Shown: positions 54,100 through 64,000 of the stretch, in pieces
Numbering within the stretch: the stretch's first letter is position 1
Layout of the letters: the number at the start of each line of letters is the position of its first letter
Assembly (NCBI RefSeq): GCF_009834535.1
Contig: NC_045712.1
Span: 23,932,001-23,996,000 of the forward strand
Direction of reading: 5' to 3'
Length of the DNA stretch: 64,000 nt
Source of the DNA: Camelus ferus
Lineage: Eukaryota
Notes under the pieces: generated by a model
The model's input: the letters and a program-made list of their open reading frames with translations, nothing else
What the model was told of the DNA's origin: nothing
Databases searched by the model: none
Translations under genes and position numbers: made by a program

Positions 54100-54800
54100 T
54101 GCACGTGGGGCAGGTCGCTGAGGGTCTCAGGCGCGACCCAGCGCAGTGCTGGGAGCACGTGGGGCCGCTGTGAAAAGATGGGCGCAGCAGCACCCACCGG
54201 CCCTGCGACGGCCTGTGACCACAAGAGGGAGCCTCGGAGCCGGGGCACGGCTCGGTCCCCGCCCTCCGGAGGGCCACATCCCCGCTCCAGCCCCTTCTCT
54301 GCTTCCCTGCCCCGGGCCCCAGTCGCCGCCTCCCCTCGCCGGCCTCCTGTCTGCGCAAGCCCACGCAGCTCCCCAGGTACCTGCCCCGCGCCCCCGACCC
54401 TCTCTTCCTCTCTCCAGCTAGAGCCCGCCCCCACCTACCCCAAGTTTCTGCCCTTCCCATATCGGCTCCCCCGGTCCCTTTCCTCGGGTCTGCCCCCACA
54501 CCTTCTGCGTGCGCCCTACCAGACCCAGCGAGCCAGAACCGAGGTCCTCGGAGGGGACAGAGCGAGCGGTGGTGGCGCCGGTGACCGCGCCCTTGACCGC
54601 GGCGTCAGTGCGTTGGGCCCCAGCGGGCAGCGTGCTGAGCACCCCCCATCCCTTGCTGGCCGGAACTCCAAAGTTCCCGCTCACCGCTCAGCGCTCTGGT
54701 TTCCGCCCCTGGAAGATAGGATTTTTTACTCCAACCTCGACCCTCTCCGGCTTGCGGTGCCAACCCACGACCTGTAACAGTGTCTAGAAGAGGAAGAAGT
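54100..54800. promoter_or_regulatory. ABHD14B: CpG island upstream of ABHD14B coding exons (probable ABHD14B promoter, shared with ABHD14A)
   Basis: CpG-dense GC-rich block ~0.5-1.2 kb upstream of the acceptor at 55322; exon 1 limits not resolved. Confidence 0.65.
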
Positions 54801-55346
54801 TGACAAGCAATAGTCAGCTACTCAGAGTTGATTGAACATTGACTATGCTTACTACGGGCTAGGCACCGGCTGAGTGTTTTACGTGCCCGGCCTCATTCAA
54901 TCCTATCAGCCGCCTATGAGCTGAGTACTATTTTGTTAGCCCCATTCGTAGAAAAGGATAATAACAATGAGAACAATAATCGTAATGGGAGCCCCATGTA
55001 TTGAGTTATTTCTAAGATTGGGCACCCTCACTTGTCGATTCCTTTTTTTTTTAAACTGGTAAATTATTGAGGTAGGCTTTAATGTCCCAAATTTCAGATG
55101 AGGAAACCAAGGCCCAAGGCTGTACAATTAGGTGAGTAGCAAAGGCAGAAATAACACCTCTGTCTTCCTCACCCTAGAGCATGTTTGCAGAGTTCTGGGG
55201 GCCTCCTAGAGGCCTCCTTGTTGCTTCGGGAGGGTCCCCCACCCTCTCTGTGGCAGTCTTCCCGGTGCCCCCTGGGGCAGGGTGTTCCGGGGCTCCTCAT
55301 CAGTCTGGCCTTGAACTACAGGCACTTCACCAGCACAGAGGCAGGT

Positions 55347-57569
55347 ATGGCGGGCGTGGAGCTGCGTGAGGGCACCATCCAGGTGCAGGGTCAGAGTCTC
55401 TTCTTCCGAGAGGCTGGGCCGGGCGGTGGGCAGGCTGCCTGCTTCTCCGTGCTGCTGTTGCATGGTATACGCTTCTCCTCTGAGACCTGGAAGAACCTGG
55501 GCACGCTGCACAGGCTCGCCCAGGCTGGCTACCGAGCTGTGGCCATTGACCTGCCAGGTATCTCTGGGGCAGCCTTCTGGACAGGGATTGTGGGGGCCTC
55601 ACAGGGGACCAAGGGCTGGGGGCTGGGAGACTGGGAGGACCTAGCCAGGCTGACCTCTGAGCTTGATAGGACACAGTGTACACTGCAAGGGCCTTCGGGC
55701 CTCTCTAATCCTCGTCCGAATATGGTCTGGAAGTGCCCAACTGTGTTGCCCAGGCAGTGTTTCTGAGCCTCTGTTTCCTCGTCTGTAAAGGGAGATAACC
55801 ACAATCATTCTGGGGGTTGGCTCTGGTGAGAATGGAATGAGATTATCCATGTAAATTTGTGGCCAGTACCTGACACATAATCTGTGCTCAGCTGATTGGA
55901 AGTAAAATATTTTGAAAGAGCCATAACCACAGGCTCTGTGGAGAAGTGAGACTGAGTCTCCTGACACTCTGTGGACAGGGCAGGGCCTGGTGGGTGGCTA
56001 AGCCCTCAGTCATGATTTCACCTACAAAGCTCAAAGTTAGATCCTGGAGAGGCAGGGTCCACCCCAGACTGCCAGACATGACTGGCAGGCCCCAGCTTAT
56101 GGTGCCAAGTGTGGAAGGGGCAGCATGGCTGACCTGCTCCCCTCACTGGCCATGGCCAGTATGGTTTTCAGTGTCCAAGGGCGGGCCTCCAGGCCAGGTT
56201 AGGATTGGTTCTGACAGTGGGTTGGGTTGAACTTCAAGGCCAAGGCCTTGAACTAATCTCTCTGTAGAAGGTAGGGACTAATTGGAGGGGAGGTATGTGG
56301 GCAGAGCTAGCCCCTCAGCCACAGTGCTGGAGGCATCCACCCTGCTGGTCCTGGGACAGATGTCTCTGAAGCAGTTAACTCACTTAATTTTCACAACAAT
56401 TTTAAATGGCAGATACTTTGGTTATCTCCTTTTAACAGATGGGGTAACTGAGCAGCTGAGAGAGGGCTGAGGGGACTTTCCCAAGGTCACATAGTAAGTG
56501 GAGAACTGGGACTTGGACTCAGCCATGTTGGACTTCAGAGCCTGATTCTTTGAGGACACTATACTGCTGGGGGAGATGGGCACAAACACATAGGGAAATG
56601 CCTTATAGCTTGCTCCAGATATGACAGATCTAGGCTGCTTTAGGAATAAACTCAGGTACGTTGCATGCTGCCAGAGATTGACCTAGGAGGGCTTCCTGGA
56701 GGAAGGAAACCTCTCTCCCCTGTTTTCCTACTCACCACCTCTGTCTCTCCCACACCTGAATCCCTGCAGGTCTGGGGCGCTCCAAGGAAGCGGCAGCCCC
56801 TGCCCCTATCGGGGAGCTAGCCCCGAGCAGCTTCCTGGCAGCTGTGGTGGATGCCTTGGCCCTGGGCCCCCCTGTTGTGATCAGCCCGTCGTTGAGTGGC
56901 ATGTACTCCCTGCCCTTCCTCACGGCCCCAGGCTCCCAGCTCCGGGGCTATGTGCCAGTGGCCCCCATCTGCACTGACAAAATCAACGCTGCTGACTATG
57001 CTGGTGTGAAGGTACCCCTGTGCGGGAGGCTGAGATATCCCTGCCGGGAGCAAGGAAGGGTCCATTCCAGGACTCTTCCTCATCTGGGGAGGGGGTAACC
57101 AATGAGTGGCTTCTGTGGGGAGCTGAACCACCAAATTCTGCCCTTTTGGTAACTTATCAGCAGATTACTGTGCCAAGCCTTATGCTAAACTGTGTGCCGG
57201 GCAGACACAAATTCATGCCTCTCTGTTCCCCTGCCCGACTCTACCCCCGCTATGGGCCACCTTGTCTCTCCCTCTCATCTGAGGTGACCCCAGGGACTGA
57301 CATGATGGGGAGGGCTGGAGCTGATCTCCAGGAGACTGGGGCTGGTGTGGCAGGTCCCTGTTGACTCTGCCTCCCTTTCTTTTCTCTAGACCNNNNNNNN
57401 NNNNNNNNNNNNNNNNNNNNNNNNNNNNNNNNNNNNNNNNNNNNNNNNNNNNNNNNNNNNNNNNNNNNNNNNNNNNNNNNNNNNNNNNNNNNNNNNNNNN
57501 NNNNNNNNNNNNNNNNNNNNNNNNGAGTGGCATACAGGGCTCCTGGATTTCCTGCAGGGGTTAGCATGA
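55347..57569 (+). CDS. ABHD14B: Alpha/beta hydrolase domain protein 14B (putative lysine deacetylase), 210 aa; coding exons 55347-55557, 56770-57011, 57390-57569 (about 57393-57524 is N)
   Basis: [22 protein letters not shown]; [14 protein letters not shown]; AVAIDLPG|[16 protein letters not shown]; [15 protein letters not shown]; [14 protein letters not shown]; 211+242+180=633 nt; AATAAA at 58413-58418. Confidence 0.96.
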
Positions 57570-58020
57570 GGCCCAGGCCTGCTGATGGCGGTGGGGCAAC
57601 CTGCCTGCCTTGGGCTCTCTCTCATTCTCTCTCCCTCCAGGGCTCCTGCTCATTATGCACACGCAACACGTGTGTCTGTCTGTCTTTTGTCTCTTAGGGT
57701 CTATCTGTCTTTTCCTCTTCCTCTTTCTCTTGCAGTGACAGACTGGAGCGGTGAAATCCAGAGAAAAAAATTAAGGAATCAAGGAACATAATCTGGTGGA
57801 GGGTAATCCATTAGATGAGCTTCCCTTATAGACATTCCTGCTGGGCCTGCACTCCTTCCTCTGCTCTGACCAGCCTTCCCCCACCTCCCACCTCCTCTGC
57901 TCCTTTGGCTGCCCTGCTGAGCATTCACACCCCTTACCCCCACCTCTCAGGCCACGGATACATACATGCCCACCCACATGTTTCTGGAGGGACAGGCACA
58001 CTCTCCCAGCAGCTATGCAT

Positions 58021-58058
58021 TGCGCGCGCGCGCACACACGCACGCGCGCATACACGCA
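58021..58058. repeat. Alternating purine-pyrimidine repeat in the ABHD14B 3'UTR
   Basis: TGCGCGCGCGCGCACACACGCACGCGCGCATACACGCA. Confidence 0.9.
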
Positions 58059-58679
58059 AACTGTGCCTCTCATACAACACTTGCACAGGCACATGCTGCC
58101 CTTCTCAACCATATAGCATGCCACATCTGGGAAGGTGGGGACCTCATGGGCCAGGCCTTGCAGGAGATCCTCTGCCAGGCTTAGGTGTGGCCAGCTCTGA
58201 ACTTCATTTACCCACAGGCTGCAACTGGCCTTAGATAAGAAATGCCCCCAAAAGCAGAGGGCCACCCATTCCATCCTCAGGTCTCCCAGCTTTCCCCCCT
58301 CCTTCTGGGTGCTCCACAGAGCCTCAGGTTATTAGGCCTGGGTCTTCTCAATCGAGCTTGCTTCCTGCGCTGAGGTTTGGGGGCTGGGGAGACGGAGAGC
58401 GGAGGTCTGTGAAATAAAGTGATGCAATTAGACCCCGCAGGCTCTCGCTGTCTCCGGAGCGCCGCCCCTCCCCCGCCCCCCTTGGGCCGGCCACGGTGGC
58501 CCCTCCCCCACCCTGGCGGGACCAGATGGTCCCCCTGCCCTTTGTCCACCGGGCCAGATGGAGGGGAAGGGAGATTGGATTCCCCTCCCCACCCACACAC
58601 ACCCAGGTGCCAAGAGACTCAGCTGTAGGGGGAGGTGGAGGTCAGTGGGACCAGACTGAGCCGATTACGGATGAGAGGG

Positions 58680-59800
58680 GGGAGGTAGATTTGCGCCCGC
58701 GGCGGCGGGAGGTGCGGTGCGGGAAGGGGAGAGCTTGGGAACCGCCCAGCTCCTCCCCCTACTCTTACGCCTTCCCTAGTCGAGTACTCAACTGTGCGGC
58801 GTCCCTGGCGACCCTAGCCCGAAAAGGAATTGTGGGGGTAGCTTTGGGGGAATCACGGGACGGGTGCACAGGGTCACACCGCTCTCAGGCACCTCCTCCA
58901 GCTGGTCTGGTAACCTGTACTGGACGGACAAGGGCCGGGCCTCGCGGAAGCTGTGGGTGGCTGAGGAGTGTGGGGCTTGGTGGGGGAGAGCCCCGCGCGG
59001 GGATGGATGGCGCAAAAGCCAGGAGCTCCGGGAACCCGGCCCGGCCGAGGGTCGAAACCCGAGCTCCGAGGGAGCCGAGCCGGAGCAGGGCAGCGCGGGG
59101 GCTGGCAGCAGGGCCGAGGCCGAGATGGGGGTGCAGGGGGCTCGGCAGAGGCGCCGGGCTGGCGGCGCGGGCGGGAAGGACCGGCCAGCGGAGAGCGGAG
59201 GGACTGGGAGTGGGGCGCAGCGCGGGCTGTGCGGGAAGGACCGCGGCCGGGACCGCGTTTTAGGCCGGTTCCCCGCCTCGCTCCCGACTCCTGGGGGTTG
59301 GAGGAGCCGCCAGGGAAGGGTCGCCCCAGCCCTCCCGGAAGCGGCCGCCGCTCCGGGCGCACCGCGGTGCGCGGGGCGGGGCGGGCGGCTGCGGCACTTG
59401 GGCGGCTGGGGCGGGCNNNNNNNNNNNNNNNNNNNNNNNNNNNNNNNNNNNNNNNNNNNNNNNNNNNNNNNNNNNNNNNNNNNNNNNNNNNNNNNNNNNN
59501 NNNNNNNNNNNNNNNNNNNNNNNNNNNNNNNNNNNNNNNNNNNNNNNNNNNNNNNNNNNNNNNNNNNNNNNNNNNNNNNNNNNNNNNNNNNNNNNNNNNN
59601 NNNNNNNNNNNNNNNNNNNNNNNNNNNNNNNNNNNNNNNNNNNNNNNNNNNNNNNNNNNNNNNNNNNNNNNNNNNNNNNNNNNNNNNNNNNNNNNNNNNN
59701 NNNNNTTTGGGGGTTCGGCCAGGGGCGGGGAGCCCGCGCTCGAGTCCACAGGCTGGGGTCCCGGGTTTGAGAGACTGGGAGACTGCGAGGAACATGTTCC
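58680..59800 (+). promoter_or_regulatory. PCBP4: Large CpG island, probable PCBP4 promoter and non-coding exon 1; 59800-64000 probably intron 1
   Basis: Very high GC/CpG content and many GC boxes (N-run 59417-59705). Identity rests only on recalled synteny (PCBP4 follows ABHD14B on the same strand); no PCBP4 coding exon is in the window. Confidence 0.6.
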
Positions 59801-62800
59801 CTGTCTGTCCCACACGGGCCCAGGCCTGCACAGGTGGGGGGAGCTGGTCTGCCAGAGGAGCCCCCAACACCAGGGAGGGGCTTCTTGGACCTGAGACCCC
59901 AGATTTGAGGCCCTCATCCCACCTGCTGTTTCTGTCCTTTGGACCTGCTCCTCTCTTGTCCTCCTGCTTTGGGTTCTGGTTCTGCTCCATCTGTGTCCCC
60001 ATATGCCATTTCCCTGCAGTTCCTGGCTCAGCACACACCCCTTCCCATTCTCTGCAATCCTTAGGGGAGCCAGACAGACCTCCAGGCCAGGGGTGTGTGG
60101 AGATGACAGTTGGGGGCTCCGAGTGGCCCCTCGTGCCCTGGGGCTCTTCAGCTCCTGGGCTCAGACCTAGCTTCTTAGCTGAAGTCCTGGGAGGTGCGGG
60201 GGCTCTGGCTACTCACTTCAGCACGGCCCTGGAGCCTCCCTGGCCAGGAGATGGAGGTACCCGCCTCCTCACTCTCCTATCCCAGGCCCGCCATCTTGAG
60301 ACCTGTGGCACCCTGTGCCCTGCCCGGCTCCAGCACCCTGGGGAGTGGTCTTCAAGGGGATGCACCCAAGGCCAGGTGCATTCCCTTCTCCCAGAATGTA
60401 GGCTCTTGGCCCCCTCAAGCCCAGGGTGATCACCTTCTTGCTGGACCAACAGAGCTTGTGTCCCGGGGGCCCTTCTTCCCCTACAAAGAGCATTTAGAAC
60501 CCAGGGACTCCCCAGGACCTTAAATCTCGGCTCCCACCTTCACTTTTTACTGAGGTTATCCTCATTGCTTCAGAGCCAGCAACTGAGACCCTATCTTTAC
60601 CATCTGAAGATCCCCCAGCCCCTCCAGGCCCTAGGAGCCCCTNNNNNNNNNNNNNNNNNNNNNNNNNNNNNNNNNNNNNNNNNNNNNNNNNNNNNNNNNN
60701 NNNNNNNNNNNNNNNNNNNNNNNNNNNNNNNNNNNNNNNNNNNNNNNNNNNNNNNNNNNNNNNNNNNNNNNNNNNNNNNNNNGGCAGGCCCAGGCCATAG
60801 GGAGGCTGGTTTTGCCCCACCCTGTGTCCCCAGACAGGCTCTGTCCACCCTCCCTACTCCCATCACTGCTCCCCTGCAGCCTCCATCACCATTGCTTAGT
60901 GGCACTGATCTCTTGAGGGAAGAGCTCTGAGCTGCACAGGTGGACCCCTGGGTTCTCCCAGCTCAGCCAGTTGCCTCTCATGTAGCCTTACAAACAAGCC
61001 CCTTCCTCTCTGGACCTCAGGTTCCTCTCTGGTGGGGCCCTTACAGCTGTGACAGGCCGAGCCTGACTTTGTGAAACCCACACCACTCCACAGCTCTTCT
61101 TCCAGCTCCCCTTCCCCATGGGGAAACCCACTCTGGGCCCCCAGAAGTCTCAAAGCACAGCACAAATCCCCCACTCCAGTAATATGTACAGGGAGCCCCT
61201 AAACCCAGAGAAACAGCAGGAGCAGGGGCTGGAGGTGCTGAGGAATGGGAACTGGGAATACTGTCCAGGCAGATCCTCACTCTCCCATGTGACTGGTCCT
61301 CTTCTCACTCTACCCTCACTGCTCCTCTGGGACCCTTAGCCCCATGTCTCATCCCTAATTCCTCTGGGCCCTGCAAGCCCTTTCTTCTTCCCGCACACTA
61401 AACCTGGTCCTAGCTTCTACCCTCCTGAAGGACCTCCTGCTCTCCTGGAACTCTCTGTGTAGAGGAAAGACAGGCTTGGAAATGCTCAGTTGAGGCTCCT
61501 TTGAGTTGCAGGCATCTTTGGGGGAGCAGATAGGCCTGAGTGATTACATCTGACTTGGAAAGTTGGGGAGGGCTTCACAGAGGAGGTGGCATTTCAGAAG
61601 GATTTGGACAGACAGTGGGGAGGATGGGCATTTCAAGCTGGGATCAGCCTGGGCAGAGGCCCAGAGGCCCAGAGGCCTGGAGGTGCTAGGCATGTTTTGC
61701 AGTCTGTTGTGTGTGGGGGATGGGGTGGAAATGAGACAAGAGAAATTGGCAGGGGTCAAATCATGAAGGGCCTTGAGTGCCTGTCATTGGAGGCACTGGG
61801 GAGCAAAGGATGAGCAGCAGAGTGGCCCAGTCTCCAGCCTGCAGAATGGAAGCTAGAGACATTTCTCAATTTGGGTGAGACAGTGACAGGATGGGTACCA
61901 GTGGGTGGGGCTGTACTATGAAGTTGAGCCCTTTCTCCTGGAATCCAGTCTGGGCCTGAGCCTGCCTTACTTTCCCTTGGCTGTGAGGACTCTTGGGGGG
62001 TTGTCTAATGATGCTCAAAGGAGGCTGTAGCCCTTCTGGCACCAGCCAGCCTGTCAGAGTGTCCCTCCTCTGCCTCGCATTGAGTCTACAGGACAGTTCT
62101 AGGTCAAGAAAACAGAGGCTGGAGCTCATGGACCTCAGGCTGCCCGCCTTCAGGGCCCTTGTCCCCTCACTCTCCTAAGAAATGGCTATGAATGGCTATC
62201 CTGGTAGGTTGTAAGGCTTAGAGCCTGGGTGCATGGGTCTGAGGATGCTGGGGCAGTCCTTATGGAGGCCTGGCTAATCAGGAAGGGTGAGCATGCCCAG
62301 AGAAGGAGATGGGCAGGGGAGTCAGGATCCCTCAGTGCCAATCCCCTCCAGGCCCAGAGTCCACCCTGCCTGACCCACCACCACGCCCTGCTTTGCCTGA
62401 TGCCCCGAGCCATTCCCCAGCATCACTGGGTGTGGCCAGCATGGCTGCTTTTGGAGTGGGAGTAGAAGGAAGCTGTTAGGTTGGAGGCTGGAGATGCTGA
62501 GGGGGATGTTGGGGGATGTGAGGTGGGGGATGAACTTGGAGACTGGACTTTCCTCTCTTCCCAGCCCAGGTGGGTCTCTAATCCCTAGCTGGTCCAGACA
62601 CTGTGGCTAGCAGAGCCGAGGGAATCCCCCAAGGGGCGGGCCGGTCCACTTGAGTCGCCTGGCCCCAGGAGCCCTCCCCTCCCCCGGATTGTTCTTGCTC
62701 CAGAACAAAGCCAGGGTGGACACTTGATCCCTGCATGCGGGGGGGGGGGGAGCTGGCTAAGCCCCCGGCCCTTTGATTGGGCAGCTGTCATGAGAGAGAG

Positions 62801-64000
62801 ACAGCTGGGGGGGAGGGGCAGGAAGGGGCAGTCGCCATCGCTTACACAGCTGTCACACACACCCCCCCTGCCCCCTCCAGCTTGAGTGGCAGGAAGCCAG
62901 GGACAGAAGGAGTGGGCACTGCATCTGGGGAGGGGGTCTGGGGAGCAGGAGGGAAAGCCTGAGGTCAGAGGCCTGCTCTGAGCTTAGTATGTTCTGCCAG
63001 GGAGCCCTGCTGAGCAGAGGGGGCTGGGCACCCCCAAAGGTGAGCTGGAGGTCAGTATGGCTTGACGCGTGGCTGCCATGTGGGTGACCCAGCAGGGACC
63101 CAGGGCCCACTAGGCTGGAGCAGCAAATAACTCCTTAGAGACCCAGTGAGGGTAGAAGGGGCGCCAGTACGCCTAGTAGGGCTGCTTGTTCTTAGGGCTC
63201 TTAGGGAAATAATTAGGGAAACCTGTGTCACAACCCCTGGTTCTCCCCTAAAGACAGGAAGAACCTTGGATGTCCCTCAGAACAGAAATGACACAGAGAG
63301 ACCAGCCACTGCCCCCTGCCCCCAGCCCATGTACATATATAGCACAGGTTGGTAAACTGAGGTCCAGGTCTGGTCCAGGCCTAACCAAGGCCACCCTCTG
63401 AATTTGGGGAAATGGGGCTCTGCCGTGGTCCCAGGTACCTTTTTTAGGGCAGGAGCCCTAGTTCTGCCATGTCATGGCCCTTCTGCCCTATTTTCCCAGG
63501 AGCCTTTGCCCACAGAGGGTACGTAGAAATGGTACGGGGTCAGTGTCAGGTCTCCCACAGGAGACTGCCCCAAAGGGGTCCCTAAGCCCCAGAAAATTCT
63601 GGAGCTTAAGACTGTGGCTCTGGATGAGCTGTCAGTCCTTTCCAAACACAGCCCACGTCTACTAGCCAGGCAGAGGTCTCAGGGATTACTGATGCCTGCT
63701 CCCACCTTTGAAGAGCACCCCCACACCTAGGAAGAGGACTGACAGACCCAGACGGGACAGCCAGAAACGGGAGGCAGACAGGGCCTGTGACAGAGCCTCG
63801 CACTAGCAGGAAGGACCCTGCTAGTCCCACCACGCCCCACCTCTCTGTGACCTTGGGCAGGTTACAGACCCTCTCCAGGCATCAGGCTCAATTTCCCTTT
63901 GGAGAATTGGTCTGTTCAGATAACCAGTGTGTTCTGAGCACCTTCTCAGGCCTGGCTCTGGCCTGACCTCTGGGAACACAAGGAGAAGGCGGCAGGCAGC

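Noticed and set aside
55185-55346. N-terminal extension of ABHD14B suggested by the 193-aa ORF
   Set aside because: Starts at a non-ATG codon and crosses the acceptor at 55321/55322; the orthologous start is the ATG at 55347.
58788-60429. Long ORFs (416, 521, 386 and 308 aa) over the CpG island
   Set aside because: Stop-poor GC-rich DNA bridged by a 289-nt N-run; overlapping on both strands; no recognisable domain.
60430-64000. PCBP4 coding exons
   Set aside because: No KH-domain sequence or the recalled PCBP4 N-terminus in any frame; the CDS probably begins beyond the window.

Overview
Mammalian genomic DNA, most likely a camelid. This is inferred from four copies of a tRNA-Ala-derived SINE matching the Vic-1 type as I recall it, plus cetartiodactyl-type L1 3' ends. 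The window is the orthologue of the human 3p21 block DUSP7-RPL29-ACY1-ABHD14A-ABHD14B-PCBP4, read in the opposite orientation (recalled synteny). Bases 1-38,300 are gene-free. They hold a 5'-truncated L1 abutting a decayed, 5'-truncated class I (gamma-like) endogenous retrovirus (gag-pro-pol-env-3'LTR, about 2.8-10.2 kb), further L1/SINE/L2/MIR copies and several motif-rich candidate enhancers. Bases 38,300-58,450 hold four spliced genes whose exons I reconstructed with GT-AG boundaries and consistent phases: RPL29 (+, 165 aa), ACY1 (-, 408 aa), ABHD14A (-, 242 aa) and ABHD14B (+, 210 aa, last exon partly N). The CpG island at about 58.7-59.8 kb and the sequence after it are probably the PCBP4 promoter, first exon and intron 1 (synteny only). 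I found no clearly new biological system. The most notable leads are an unusually diverged, Arg-depleted RPL29 C-terminal exon with an Ala-Pro repeat; in-frame splice routes that would join the ABHD14A hydrophobic anchor to full-length ACY1; and loss of the human ABHD14A N-terminal extension. Several N-runs are size-faithful, suggesting a masked or reference-guided sequence, so single-base oddities need read-level checks. All orthologue comparisons are from memory, not from searches.
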